Shown: positions 10,901 through 19,998 of the stretch, one piece after another
Layout: the number at the start of each line of letters is the position of its first letter
Position numbering within the stretch: the stretch's first letter is position 1
Assembly: GCA_031316235.1 (NCBI GenBank)
Contig: JALDRA010000001.1
Span: forward strand, 3,150,001-3,182,000
Direction: 5' to 3'
DNA: 32,000 nt
From: Candidatus Scalindua sp.
GTDB taxonomy: Bacteria > Planctomycetota > Brocadiia > Brocadiales > Scalinduaceae
The notes under the pieces: model-generated
Databases searched by the model: none
What the model saw: the letters and a program-made list of their open reading frames with translations, nothing else
Told to the model about the DNA's origin: nothing
Program-made: the position numbers and the translations under genes

Positions 10901-11682
10901 GGGCTCATATCTCTTTTGAAAATGATGGCATAAAAGTGGACGTTACCGATGCTGATTTATGCGGGATTTCCTGTGAGGGAGCATTAAAAGTGGACCCTGA
11001 GGAGATATCGCTGGATTTTCAATTGCTGAGCCGGAACCAGGATGTGGATTCAACTTTCAGCTGCTTTGGGAATGAAACAGGTTTTATAACGGGAAGGTGT
11101 GACATGAAGGCCCAGGCCGTGTCACAGGGGGCAGCAGAAACCCTGGTCAGGAAACTTCAGGGTAATTTTGAAATCGCAGCAAAAAAGGGCAGGATTTACC
11201 GATATGGTCTTATTGCAAGGCTTTTCGCATTCCTGAATCTTACTGAGATCTTAAGGGGAAAAGTGCCGGACGTTGTCAGGCAGGGGTTCGGATATAAATC
11301 AATCACTGCAAACGGAGAGATTGAAAATGGCATCCTGAAGCTTGAAAAGATGTATATTGATGGTTCTTCAATGAAAGTAACCGGTTATGGTAAGGTAGAT
11401 CTCCCAGGGAAAAATTTAGATCTCAAGGTCCTGGTCTCCCCGTTTAAGACAGTTGATTTTTTCGTGAAAAAAATACCTGTTGTCGGGAAAATCCTTGGCG
11501 GAAGCCTTGTGTCCATTCCTGTTGGAATAACAGGAGATATTGAAAATCCAAAATTTTCCTATATCTCTCATGCGGCTGTTGGACAAAAATTACTGGATAT
11601 TACCAAGGGTGCCCTGAAAGTCCCGGTTAAAATAATAAAGCTGGTAATTCCCGGTGGGAACAGAAAAGAGGGTGACAAATGA
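7984..11682 (+). CDS. AsmA/YhdP/TamB-like large envelope protein
   Basis: 1232 aa with a single N-terminal TM segment (IGIGVTGFLLSLLIICNYL) and a long beta-rich body. The AsmA-like C-terminal region reads LNLTEILRGK....GF.Y.SI.ANGEIENGIL.LE.MYIDGSSMKVTGYGKVDL....LDLKVLVSP...VD......P.VG.IL.G.LVSIPV.ITG.IENPKFSY. Confidence 0.75.
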   Translation: MARYRKIGIGVTGFLLSLLIICNYLSSPFINSGPIKRKIQAAISQKFGGQVEYLSVDLSLFPFIHARVDQVTFFLPGKIKGRIETLDIFPEILPLFAGKVRIREIDLESPDFDFALFRDKEKRKITKELVTLDMIKDIVPNVLFPLFSELPQIQITIENGTGNITEGDETVFDIKNIQAEISSLSKEIDISIKGRSGICNTFSVEANIDRSDFKGNGVIQLGFFQPQSLVDRFLPDTSCRISESIDKLSLHVEVDGPRDFKAEIEISPYSLKVKKGDRELFLKSKKVKSSLHIGETETEVSLTELELEHPHLTMRGKLVVDHETRQINLELTGRDIDIHSVREEALASAGDNEVVRKVFQIVKGGRLSDMMCTSKGRTLADLGNMETLIMKAAMREGDIVIPGLDLQMEDVTGDFVVNQGILEGDDISARLEDAYAEEGRISIGLKGSGADLHVEAEITAAAEQIPPLLNRFVGNRTVLREINRVKNVKGSVAGKLLLGGHLDAINVEADINKIDVSAHYKGVPFPLHIKEGGFHYDRETIGLENLGGTLGSSPFSELSARISLGKDAYIEVQSGKILAFLKEIYPWISSFEKAGRSLEEVKSVSGILQVVSMNLKGPLTTPESWFIEAAGEAKDLLVDTTLFADPLEVKEGIFKVVDKEFFLTHSKVKAADSSLRVSGVLSHNAGVLDKADITFHGEMGQKSLEWIEKRVNLPSDLSVRPPLSIQKARITWKKDYGTSFVSSLTFQNDGPEVSVDMFMNPEGIEMKSAHIQDGESSVSFRFDFGEKVINFGFTGNLSHTTTDKIFLNTPFAKERIEGDIKVHIRLDRPEHSTFQGTLKGKDLPFSWNRKVPLHINDISLHGEGKSVRVGSLLLTLSDNRLSVQGDVTISEDGFLFDLDTSAGGLDWGTIRKILPVEDKREGKGTENQNEETSVDENAGNGEVKRFWDIPVKGTLGLDAESFTFERYTWKQLRAHISFENDGIKVDVTDADLCGISCEGALKVDPEEISLDFQLLSRNQDVDSTFSCFGNETGFITGRCDMKAQAVSQGAAETLVRKLQGNFEIAAKKGRIYRYGLIARLFAFLNLTEILRGKVPDVVRQGFGYKSITANGEIENGILKLEKMYIDGSSMKVTGYGKVDLPGKNLDLKVLVSPFKTVDFFVKKIPVVGKILGGSLVSIPVGITGDIENPKFSYISHAAVGQKLLDITKGALKVPVKIIKLVIPGGNRKEGDK

Positions 11683-11815
11683 AGGAAGTATAGTATCAGA
11701 CCCCGGAGTTGATTTCATGCTCCCGTGGACTTTCCATCATTTACCGGAAGATATCAGGTCAATAGGTGAATAATGTTTTTATTATTTTTCTTATTTAATA
11801 CGAGAAGGAGCATTA

Positions 11816-12667
11816 ATGAATAACGCTATCCAGTTTAAATCCGCTTCCATCGCTAAAAAAACTACCATAACGATCTCCACCGTTCTCGTTATATTCTTAT
11901 TAGTTGGATGTAATTACCAGAAAGCACTCCCAAGAAATCAACAATATGGACAGCGAGAAGACAAACGCGAAACGGAAGCTCACCGTAAACAAAAAATATT
12001 CTATTCCTTACCAGGACTTAAACATGGGTTGCTGCAATCTCCAATAAATATTCTATCTGATCAATCTGAAACAGGAAAACATAATGTTACTTTTAACTTT
12101 AAGGGTCAGATAAATAAGGTTGAAAATTTAGGGCATACAGTACAGTTAGATTTTGAGCCTGGTAGTACGGTAAATGTGGATGGTAAAATATTTCAATTTA
12201 GACAAATTCATTTTCATACGCCCGCAGAACATCTGATTGACGGAATAACCTACCCCATGGAAATGCATGTTGTTAATACTTTAGTCGGTCAAACTGAAGA
12301 GGAGACAACAGAATATTTAGTGTTTTCTTTTCTTTTTAAAATGGGGAGAGAAAACAGATTTATTGCTGAATTTATTCATCTCATACCAGGGGACAAAAAT
12401 GAAAGTGAAGATGTTTCGATGGGTACCGTTAATCTGAGAAGTTTAATTGATAACAATCCTGACTACAATCGTAAAGAAGTCCTCAACTCATATTTCTTTT
12501 ACAAAGGATCTCTTACAACTCCTCCATATACTGAAAGTGTTAATTGGTTTGTAATGAAGACAATAATTGATGCCTCTCCTGAGCAGATTCAAGAAATAAA
12601 TAGAATAGAAGGAGATAACGCGCGACGCATTCAGGCACGCTATGGTAGAGCAGTTTCAAATAAATAA
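11816..12667 (+). CDS. alpha-class carbonic anhydrase, predicted lipoprotein
   Basis: AAGGAG sits upstream of the ATG, and there is a lipobox LLVGC. Motifs: QSPINI; QIHFHTPAEH (first two Zn His); MEMHVVN (third His); GSLTTPPYTESVNWFV. Confidence 0.85.
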   Translation: MNNAIQFKSASIAKKTTITISTVLVIFLLVGCNYQKALPRNQQYGQREDKRETEAHRKQKIFYSLPGLKHGLLQSPINILSDQSETGKHNVTFNFKGQINKVENLGHTVQLDFEPGSTVNVDGKIFQFRQIHFHTPAEHLIDGITYPMEMHVVNTLVGQTEEETTEYLVFSFLFKMGRENRFIAEFIHLIPGDKNESEDVSMGTVNLRSLIDNNPDYNRKEVLNSYFFYKGSLTTPPYTESVNWFVMKTIIDASPEQIQEINRIEGDNARRIQARYGRAVSNK

Positions 12668-12737
12668 GGAAAATTGTTTCTGCCCATGGTATCACATTTG
12701 TCTCAAAAACTTGTTTGCAATAGATTCCTGCAATCAG

Positions 12738-12772
12738 TTCCAATGGCTTAGTTTTCGGACTGAGCCATTGGA
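12738..12772. terminator. Strong hairpin between convergent genes (possible bidirectional terminator)
   Basis: TTCCAATGGCTTAG-tttcgga-CTGAGCCATTGGAA is a 14-bp stem with one G-T position. It lies between the carbonic anhydrase stop (12667) and the stop of the minus-strand gene (12861). There is no clear U-tract on either strand. Confidence 0.3.
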
Positions 12773-12860
12773 AGCATAACGGGTAAAGATGAGAAGCTTT
12801 ATTGCAAAATGGCACTAATCAGACAGGTGGAAGTCAAAAATTGTCAAGATCATGATCGAC

Positions 12861-14177
12861 TTATTGTTGCAGTGAAGGCGGCATCAATATATCACTTACT
12901 TCTTCTTTGACTATTAATTCCCTCGCATTACATTCCTGCCTGGCTCTGGGAGTAAGCCGACCGGTTATCCATATCTCCACTTTGCTGACAGGGCGACTTC
13001 CGACACTCTTCAGTTGTACCATAGCTGCTGTACCAAGGTCTGCTCGGTCAGTCCAGTAGACGTCGTCGGTAGGAAGAGTGGAAATCAGTGCACGATCTAC
13101 GGTGTATCCCATCACGATTTTTCGAACGGGGATCAACTCACTGAGAGGTCTTACTTGAGTATGGTAACCGTACAACATCTCAGCCATACGCTGATACAAG
13201 AATGCCTCTTCCTCATACTCTGCAAAGAGAGCCTGTTTCACGAACTGATCACGGTTCTTTACCCCTGGCATTTCCGTCAGTGCATGAACCAGTATGGTTG
13301 TATGGCGTGGAGAATACTTAGGATGTCTGAGGAATTCTTCAATGACAGAGTCTTCCACTTCCATCTGCTTGAGTTTCTCACGATTTATTTTCTGAAGATC
13401 TTCAGGAGAGCTGTCACGCAATATCGTGTTCATTCCATGGACCAGACTCGTAGCCTTAATTGATATGAAAGCGACTTCCGATGCACCTTTAATAGGCATC
13501 ATGGCGAGCTTGACTCCCAACCCACCAGCGAAACCAGCCCACGCAACGCTGTTCAGCTCCTTCTGAAGTACTTCGTTTGAAGAATAGACATCTACTCCCA
13601 ATTCGTGTGCATACTGACGTTTATTTGCAGAGAAGCCAATAAGCTCTTTTGCATAGCTATCCTCCTGATCTCCTCTCCCGCCTTTTGTCATCTCACCAAT
13701 ACGCCCGAAGAATCTCCCCACCCCCTTGGGCACCCCTTTAATGGTACTGACGGGGTTCATGATCAGGGCCTTTGCTCCCTTGATAGGACTCGTGGCCGCT
13801 TTTTTTACCGCATCGCCGAAGGCATCTGATTTTTTGATCTCTTGCAAGGCAGCTATGGCTTTAATCTCCGATACACGTATCTGCAGCATCTCTTCACCAT
13901 CCGCCTCAAACTGCCCAAACCGGGACATAAGGGTGTAGCGGTTGTTAAAACCAAATGCAATAACATTTCTATCCACCCAGAAGTCCTTGCCTTCAAGAAG
14001 CTCTGGGGGTAAGATCTTGTATGCGTCTAGTACCCCCGGCTCTTCGTATTCTTCAGTCTGGGCCAATGCCGGGATAACGCAAACAGCTGTGACAAACACC
14101 ATAATTCCGAGAGCCATACACAGTGATAGATGCATTTTTGTAGTGCGCTTTAATGGCAATCTGCTTATCTTGTTCAT
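12861..14177 (-). CDS. Secreted or membrane-anchored protein of unrecognised family (paralog P1)
   Basis: GAGGAG lies 9 nt before ATG 14177; the track start is 14195. Signal/anchor: LSLCMALGIMVFVTAVCVIPALAQ. It is collinear with the 20205-21527 protein over nearly the full length (KRQYA.ELGVD.YS.N.VLQ.ELNS..WAGFAG; SPEDLQ.INREKLK.M...DSVIE.FL.HP.YSP; GVKNRDQF.KQA). Confidence 0.7.
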   Translation of the reverse strand: MNKISRLPLKRTTKMHLSLCMALGIMVFVTAVCVIPALAQTEEYEEPGVLDAYKILPPELLEGKDFWVDRNVIAFGFNNRYTLMSRFGQFEADGEEMLQIRVSEIKAIAALQEIKKSDAFGDAVKKAATSPIKGAKALIMNPVSTIKGVPKGVGRFFGRIGEMTKGGRGDQEDSYAKELIGFSANKRQYAHELGVDVYSSNEVLQKELNSVAWAGFAGGLGVKLAMMPIKGASEVAFISIKATSLVHGMNTILRDSSPEDLQKINREKLKQMEVEDSVIEEFLRHPKYSPRHTTILVHALTEMPGVKNRDQFVKQALFAEYEEEAFLYQRMAEMLYGYHTQVRPLSELIPVRKIVMGYTVDRALISTLPTDDVYWTDRADLGTAAMVQLKSVGSRPVSKVEIWITGRLTPRARQECNARELIVKEEVSDILMPPSLQQ

Positions 14178-14505
14178 TAGGGAGTCTCCTCTCATATTCT
14201 TGCTGAATTTAATTGAAATAAGATATAGAGTAATGTATGCAGATGGAGAAAAAAAGCAATAAGCTGCAATTTACACAGTAATAACAAAAAATTAATAGTT
14301 TTGCAATACATTAAATCCCATACATTATCTCAAAGTATTGTAATGTTGCCTTTTTAACCTGGATGTTGAAATGCGCTAAATAGTCCCGATCACTCTATTT
14401 TTATCTCAAAAAGTCATTGTCTTTCTTGTTTTTTTATAGTAAGATCAGGCGCTTTTTCTTATTTTGATTAGTAAGTATTCAGTTTGCTTGAACTGACTTA
14501 ATAAA

Positions 14506-14620
14506 TATACTCATCTCATAATGGTTTTCGGATAAAATCCGCGACAAAATTGAGCGAGTATACCTTTACCAAGATTTGATTTTCGGTAAAACCGAAAACC
14601 AAATCGGTTTTTAGTATAGC
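14506..14620 (+). repeat. Full short copy (copy A) of the repeat family
   Basis: TATACTCATCTCATAATGGTTTTCGGATAAAATCCGCGACAAAATTGAGCGAGTATACCTTTACCAAGATTTGATTTTCGGTAAAACCGAAAACCAAATCGGTTTTTAGTATAGC. It aligns with copy B (23848-23961) end to end with about a dozen differences. It contains a 5' closing stem (TATACTC..CTCA / TGAG..GAGTATA) and a 3' 15-bp hairpin (14573-14605). Confidence 0.9.
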
Positions 14621-14744
14621 TCGAATGGATGCTGCTTTGCGGTTACGTTGTAATGAATTATTTGTAAAATTAACCTTACTTCTTTAGCGGATACATACTA
14701 TCAATCCAAAATCCAGATATCTGAACAATTTATTAGGAGGGCAC

Positions 14745-15272
14745 ATGATTATGATACAGTATTTTGCAGACTTTTCAGGTAAAAAATGGGGATTCAGACA
14801 GATCTGTAGCACTTTAATCTTTACTGCTGTTTTTTGTTTCTTGATCACAGGCAACAGTAACGCATCGGCAGAAATGTTTATTTATCCGGCTCAGGGGCAG
14901 AGCGCTGAGCAACTCAATCGAGAAAAATTTGAATGTCACGAATGGGCGAAACAGCAGACGGGTGTTGATCCAAATCGTTTGGCAGCTGACGTACAGCCAA
15001 TGCAAGTTGAACAACGTGGAGGAGCTTTTAGAGGAGCAGCACGAGGGGCTGCGGTCGGCGCGATAGGTGGCGCTATCGGAGGAGATGCCGGTAAAGGAGC
15101 TGCAATAGGAGCAGGTGCCGGTGCCCTGATGGGTAACAGGCGAAGGAGACAGTCTGAACATGAACAGATGCGAGCTTACGAAGAAGCAAATCAACAGCGG
15201 AAGGCATTAATGGATACCTTTAATCGTGCATACCGCACATGCCTTGAAGGCCGCGGTTATACCGTGAATTAG
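14745..15272 (+). CDS. glycine-zipper family periplasmic/outer-membrane protein
   Basis: AGGAGG lies upstream and there is a signal peptide. Strings: MFIYPAQGQSAEQ...FECHEWAKQQTG; the zipper GAARGAAVGAIGGAIGGDAGKGAAIGAGAGALMG; and the C-terminal YRTCLEGRGYTV. Confidence 0.7.
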   Translation: MIMIQYFADFSGKKWGFRQICSTLIFTAVFCFLITGNSNASAEMFIYPAQGQSAEQLNREKFECHEWAKQQTGVDPNRLAADVQPMQVEQRGGAFRGAARGAAVGAIGGAIGGDAGKGAAIGAGAGALMGNRRRRQSEHEQMRAYEEANQQRKALMDTFNRAYRTCLEGRGYTVN

Positions 15273-15350
15273 CTCACTTCGTTCGCTAATTTATACTATT
15301 TTGCTGAGCAAAATGAAGATACTAATAATTATAAGAGGGAGGCAAACTGA

Positions 15351-16133
15351 ATGAAACAACGATTTTTTTTCTTCGTATTTATTTTACTGAGTTTATTCAC
15401 GAGTAACCAGGCGTTTAGTTATGAGCAGGGAAGTGCTTCTGCGGTTGATGCTACCGTTGACAAAACACTGCGTCAGATGTGTGATTATCTGAAGAGCGCT
15501 CAGCAGTATACATTTCGTTCTCAGGCTACCTTTGAAAAAATCTCTGTATCTGGTCAGAAGTTAGAGTATGGAGAGACGGTACACGCTTCAGTGCGGAGAC
15601 CTGACCGATTCCATGCAGATATTGTGGGTGATCTTATTAATAATCGCTTCTGGTATAATGGCAGGAGTATCACGATGCTGGATACAGAATTGAACATTTA
15701 TGCGACAACAGAAGCCCCTGCCGATATAGATTCTACCCTGAGTTTTGCAGCAGAAACTCTTGGAATTACCGCTCCACTGGGTGACTTTGTGGTGAGTGAC
15801 CCGTATAGTAGCCTGACTCAAAATGCAAAATCAGCAACCTATGTAGGATTGCATGAAATTAATGGCGTCAAATGCCACCACCTGGCCTTTACTCAGGAAA
15901 ATCTCGACTGGCAGATATGGGTTGAGGACGGCAGTATGCAGGTCCCCAGAAAGATCGTTATTACCTATAAACAGGAGGAGGGAATGCCTCAATACACCGC
16001 AGTATTGTCAGAGTGGGACTTTTCACCACATCTGCCGGAAAGTGTATTCTCCTTTGTAACACCAGTAAATGCTGAAAAGATTGAGTTTATGTCGATAGAG
16101 GAGAAAGTGCCTGACAAGATAACTGACAAATAA
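15351..16133 (+). CDS. DUF2092-like periplasmic protein (LolA-like fold family)
   Basis: GAGGGAGG lies upstream and there is a signal peptide. Strings typical of DUF2092: VRRPDRFHADI.GD...R.WYNG.S.T.LD...N.YA...AP..ID; PLGDF...DPY; GVKCHHLAF.QE..DWQIWVEDG....PRK.VITYK. Confidence 0.65.
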   Translation: MKQRFFFFVFILLSLFTSNQAFSYEQGSASAVDATVDKTLRQMCDYLKSAQQYTFRSQATFEKISVSGQKLEYGETVHASVRRPDRFHADIVGDLINNRFWYNGRSITMLDTELNIYATTEAPADIDSTLSFAAETLGITAPLGDFVVSDPYSSLTQNAKSATYVGLHEINGVKCHHLAFTQENLDWQIWVEDGSMQVPRKIVITYKQEEGMPQYTAVLSEWDFSPHLPESVFSFVTPVNAEKIEFMSIEEKVPDKITDK

Positions 16134-16220
16134 GTTGGAAATCTCTTCTCTTCATCATTGGTGAAACGATTTTATGTTTGTGACGTAATTGCTCGATTCA
16201 GGTAAATATATCATTCACTC

Positions 16221-17060
16221 ATGAAAAACTGGCTTAAGGAACCATTACTGCATTTTCTCATTGCGGGAGGAATGTTGTTTGCTCTCTATGGCTGGATCAA
16301 CCGCGCAAGCGTCGATAAACCGCGTGTTGTGCGCATCAGCGCTAAGGAAATGGCCTGGCTTAAGGAAATGTGGTCGCGGCAGTGGCACCGTCCGCCCGAT
16401 GAACAGGTACTTCGCGGCCTTGTTACGGATTACCTGAAAGAAAGACTGCTCGCAGCCGAAGCGAAAGAATTGGGCCTGGAAGAGAACGATACCATCGTCC
16501 GCCGTCGGCTGGCACAGAAAATGGAATTTCTTATTCAAGACACGGCCCGTCTTGCTGAGCCCGGTGAAAATGAACTGCGCAACCTCTATAATGCCAATCG
16601 CGCTCAATACCAAACCCCGGAGCGCATCACGTTTACTCAACTCTACTTCAGGACCGAAGCTGCCGCTCAACAGGGGCTGTATGAAATTAAGGCGAACAGC
16701 TCAGCTGAACAGGGCGAACCCAGTTTGCTGGAGCATGAATTGAGCCTCGTGGATGAACAGACGGTTAGCCGTATCTTAGGAGAAAGCTTTGCACAGGAAA
16801 TATTTTCAACGGAAGACAACCAATGGCATGGGCCGGTCGAATCGGAATACGGATTTCATCTTGTTCAAATTAATGAACGGGTGTCTGCCCAGATGCGCCC
16901 ATTTGAAGACGTACACCCGCAGTTACTCGAAGAATGGCAGAGATTGCAGCAAGCCAGAATCAAGAGAGAGTTCTTCGCCGGACTTTTGAAAAAATATGAA
17001 GTTGTCATGGATGAGAGCGTCAAATCACTGATTGGGCCTCTCCCGAAAACAGTTCAATGA
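16221..17060 (+). CDS. parvulin-like peptidyl-prolyl isomerase family protein (Rotamase_2-like)
   Basis: N-terminal TM segment (LLHFLIAGGMLFALYGWI), then LL.EA..LGL...D.IVRRRLAQKMEFL and ...WHGPVESEYGFHLVQINER. The stop overlaps the next start (ATGA at 17057-17060). Confidence 0.65.
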   Translation: MKNWLKEPLLHFLIAGGMLFALYGWINRASVDKPRVVRISAKEMAWLKEMWSRQWHRPPDEQVLRGLVTDYLKERLLAAEAKELGLEENDTIVRRRLAQKMEFLIQDTARLAEPGENELRNLYNANRAQYQTPERITFTQLYFRTEAAAQQGLYEIKANSSAEQGEPSLLEHELSLVDEQTVSRILGESFAQEIFSTEDNQWHGPVESEYGFHLVQINERVSAQMRPFEDVHPQLLEEWQRLQQARIKREFFAGLLKKYEVVMDESVKSLIGPLPKTVQ

Positions 17061-18037
17061 AGTGCACACTTTTTGTTATTTTCTTTTTGCTGACAGCAAC
17101 TGCGGCGATTGCTCATGAATTGCGTCCCGCCTATCTTGAACTTTACGAAGAAAAATCAGATGAATTCAGCGTATTATGGAAAACTCCGATGCGTGGAGAC
17201 ATGCGGCTTTCGTTGTCTCCCGAGTTTTCCGGTAAAACCGAAAATATAACACCACCGGTAACACGGATCACTAATGACGCGGCGGTTGCAACATGGCGGT
17301 TGAAAGCTATTGAACCGCTAAGAGGGCAATCAGTGCGCATTGACGGGCTTGAGAGAACAATGAACGATGCTCTCGTGCGGATGGAGTTTATGGACGGCAG
17401 CACTTGGGTTAAACGGCTTACATCCATGGAGCCGTCCGCAGTCATTCTTTCCGTTCAGAGTAGTTGGTTAGTTGCTTTAGAGTATTTGAAGCTCGGTATT
17501 GAACACATCCTGCTTGGCATTGACCATTTGCTCTTTGTTCTGGCGCTTCTCATCATTACCCGGGGGACAATGCGTCTGGTGAAAACCATTTCGGCTTTTA
17601 CCGTGGCTCACAGCGTCACTCTCGGATTGACGACGATCGGTTTTGTACAAGTCCCATCGAAACCCGTGGAGGCCGTGATTGCGTTGAGCATTGTATTCGT
17701 TGCTGTTGAGATTATTTACTTTCAACGCGGAAAGGCAGGCGTCACGGTAACTGCACCCTGGGTCGTGGCCTTTAGCTTTGGCCTTTTGCATGGGTTTGGT
17801 TTCGCAGGCGCGTTAAGCGAAGTTGGCCTGCCGGCCGGACACATCCCGGCGGCTCTGTTATTTTTTAATATTGGAGTAGAAACGGGGCAGCTCCTTTTTG
17901 TCGCTGTCATCATGTCATTCCTGGTGGTATTGAAAAAATTAAATTTGTCAACACCGAGATGGGTAGTGTTAATGCAAGCGTACACCATCGGTAGCATTGC
18001 CATGTTCTGGGTTATTCAACGAATTTCAGCATTTTAA
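17057..18037 (+). CDS. HupE/UreJ-family membrane protein with an N-terminal periplasmic domain
   Basis: Signal peptide, then HELRPAYLEL and a periplasmic domain of about 130 aa. The membrane core has HILLGIDHLLFVLALL, AFTVAHS.TL and GLLHGFGFAG. It appears translationally coupled to the upstream gene. Confidence 0.8.
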   Translation: MKCTLFVIFFLLTATAAIAHELRPAYLELYEEKSDEFSVLWKTPMRGDMRLSLSPEFSGKTENITPPVTRITNDAAVATWRLKAIEPLRGQSVRIDGLERTMNDALVRMEFMDGSTWVKRLTSMEPSAVILSVQSSWLVALEYLKLGIEHILLGIDHLLFVLALLIITRGTMRLVKTISAFTVAHSVTLGLTTIGFVQVPSKPVEAVIALSIVFVAVEIIYFQRGKAGVTVTAPWVVAFSFGLLHGFGFAGALSEVGLPAGHIPAALLFFNIGVETGQLLFVAVIMSFLVVLKKLNLSTPRWVVLMQAYTIGSIAMFWVIQRISAF

Positions 18038-18063
18038 TTACAAACAACACAAGGAGGAAAAAG

Positions 18064-19998
18064 ATGAATAGCAAAACAGTCTGGACAATAATAATTACCA
18101 GTCTACTGATCTCCGGCCTTATGCAGACAGCGATAGCGCAAGATGCAGGTACTCAGGACAAAGCGTCGTTGCAGAAGGTATTTCCTGATAAACCGCGCTA
18201 TTCACCTTACGCTGGTCGTTGCTACCCTACACGTCCATTTTTCGGCGATACACATCTGCACACCATGTTTTCAATGGATGCGGGTGCTGCTGGTGCACGA
18301 CTCTCACCAAACGATGCGTACAGATTCGCCAAGGGAGAGGAGGTAATAGCCTCCTCACATCAGCCGGTAAAGCTGTCACGGCCCCTCGACTTTCTTGTTG
18401 TGGCTGACCACTCGGATGGCTTTGGATTTTTCCCGCAATTGATGAGCGGAGACCCGGAATTGCTGGCAACACCGCAGGGCAGGAAATGGTATAACCTTAT
18501 CAATGCCGGCAAGGGTGCTGAAGCTACATTTGATATCATTCAAAGTTTCAGCGCTGGTAACCTGCCTGAGGGGTTTCCTTACCCTGGAACAAAGGCTTAT
18601 AGTTCAGCCTGGCAGGAGACCATCAAGGCAGCGGATGCTCACAATGATCCGGGCAGTTTCACGGCCTTTATAGGGTATGAATGGACTTCGAATACAAAGG
18701 GCAATAATCTTCATCGCAATATCATCTTTCGTGGGGATGGTACAAAGGCCAGTCTCGTTGAGCCTTATACTACTCTCAAACCCCTCGGCAGCGACAACCC
18801 CGAGGATCTGTGGAAATGGATGGAGGTTACCGAAGAAAAAACGGGAAGTGATGTTCTTGCCATTGCTCACAACGGTAATCTGAGCAACGGTACAATGTTT
18901 CCCACAATCGAAGCTTTCGGAAAAAATCTTGATCGCCATTATGTGGAAACACGCGCCAGGTGGGAGAGACTCTATGAGGTTACCCAAATGAAGGGTGACG
19001 GAGAAACGCACCCATTTCTTTCACCCAATGATGAGTTCTCCAATTTTGAGCGTTGGGATAAGGCTAATCTCGCCGTTACCCAGGCCAAGTCGAACGACAT
19101 GTTTGAGTTCGAATACGCACGCTCGGCGCTTAAAAACGGACTTAAAATTGGAGCTAAGTTCGGTACCAATCCCTACAAATTCGGTATGATCGGCAGCACT
19201 GATTCGCATACAGGACTCACTGCGGTTGAGGAGGAAAATTTCTTTGGCAAGGTCACCGTAAGCGAACCTAACCCCGGCCGTCTTTCAGGGACATTCATGA
19301 CCAACCCTAAAATCGGGGTGACTATCAGGGACTGGGAAGTGTCATCCTCCGGCTATGCCGCAGTGTGGGCAACGGAAAACACACGAGAGGCAATCTTTGA
19401 CGCCATGGAGCGTCGAGAAACATACGCCACGACCGGTCCTCGCATGATCGTGCGATTTTTCGGAGGATGGGAGTTCGAAGCAAAGGACGCGCACAACCGG
19501 TTGCCGGCTGCTATCGGCTACACCAAAGGTGTGCCTATGGGAGGGGATATTCAAAAAGCTGCCGCTGGTAAATCGCCTACATTTCTGGTTGCAGCACTTA
19601 AAGATCTTATTGGCGCGAATCTGGACCGTATCCAGATCATCAAAGGATGGTTGGATGCAAAGGGTGATGTGCAGGAAAAGATCTATGACGTCGTCTGGGG
19701 AGATGCGGACAAGCGTAAGCCGGATGAGGACGGCAAGCTGCCTCCAGTTGGAAGCACGGTGGATGTTGAAAATGCAACCTGGACCAACACCATTGGTGAT
19801 CCGGAATTGATCACGGTGTGGAAGGATCCGGACTTCGATCCGTCCTTGAGGGCCTTCTACTATGCACGCGTCCTTGAAATTCCAACGCCACGCTGGACTG
19901 CTTACGACGCCAAACATTTTGGGACAGAACCTCTTCCAGAGACCACAATGACGCTTCAGGAGCGGGCCTATACTTCACCGATTTGGTATAATCCTTAA
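18064..19998 (+). CDS. DUF3604-family protein (predicted PHP-like metal-dependent hydrolase)
   Basis: AAGGAGG lies 8 nt upstream and there is a signal peptide. Strings: FFGDTHLHTMFSMDA, DFLVVADHS, FIGYEWTS, LHRNIIF, IAHNGNLSNG, GSTDSHTG, and RAYTSPIWYNP at the C-terminus. Confidence 0.85.
   Translation: MNSKTVWTIIITSLLISGLMQTAIAQDAGTQDKASLQKVFPDKPRYSPYAGRCYPTRPFFGDTHLHTMFSMDAGAAGARLSPNDAYRFAKGEEVIASSHQPVKLSRPLDFLVVADHSDGFGFFPQLMSGDPELLATPQGRKWYNLINAGKGAEATFDIIQSFSAGNLPEGFPYPGTKAYSSAWQETIKAADAHNDPGSFTAFIGYEWTSNTKGNNLHRNIIFRGDGTKASLVEPYTTLKPLGSDNPEDLWKWMEVTEEKTGSDVLAIAHNGNLSNGTMFPTIEAFGKNLDRHYVETRARWERLYEVTQMKGDGETHPFLSPNDEFSNFERWDKANLAVTQAKSNDMFEFEYARSALKNGLKIGAKFGTNPYKFGMIGSTDSHTGLTAVEEENFFGKVTVSEPNPGRLSGTFMTNPKIGVTIRDWEVSSSGYAAVWATENTREAIFDAMERRETYATTGPRMIVRFFGGWEFEAKDAHNRLPAAIGYTKGVPMGGDIQKAAAGKSPTFLVAALKDLIGANLDRIQIIKGWLDAKGDVQEKIYDVVWGDADKRKPDEDGKLPPVGSTVDVENATWTNTIGDPELITVWKDPDFDPSLRAFYYARVLEIPTPRWTAYDAKHFGTEPLPETTMTLQERAYTSPIWYNP

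Noticed and set aside
7709-14505. An inversion between copies D and A as the event that truncated the porin gene.
   Set aside because: If that were so, the missing porin 5' part should lie just inside copy A (14196-14505). That region is AT-rich non-coding DNA with no beta-barrel-like frame.
17230-17244. A 15-nt identity, CGGTAAAACCGAAAA, between the HupE/UreJ coding sequence and the 3' hairpin of repeat copy A.
   Set aside because: It lies in frame within a conserved-looking coding region (EFSGKTENI). It is a low-complexity self-complementary string, and none of the flanking family blocks are present. It is probably chance.
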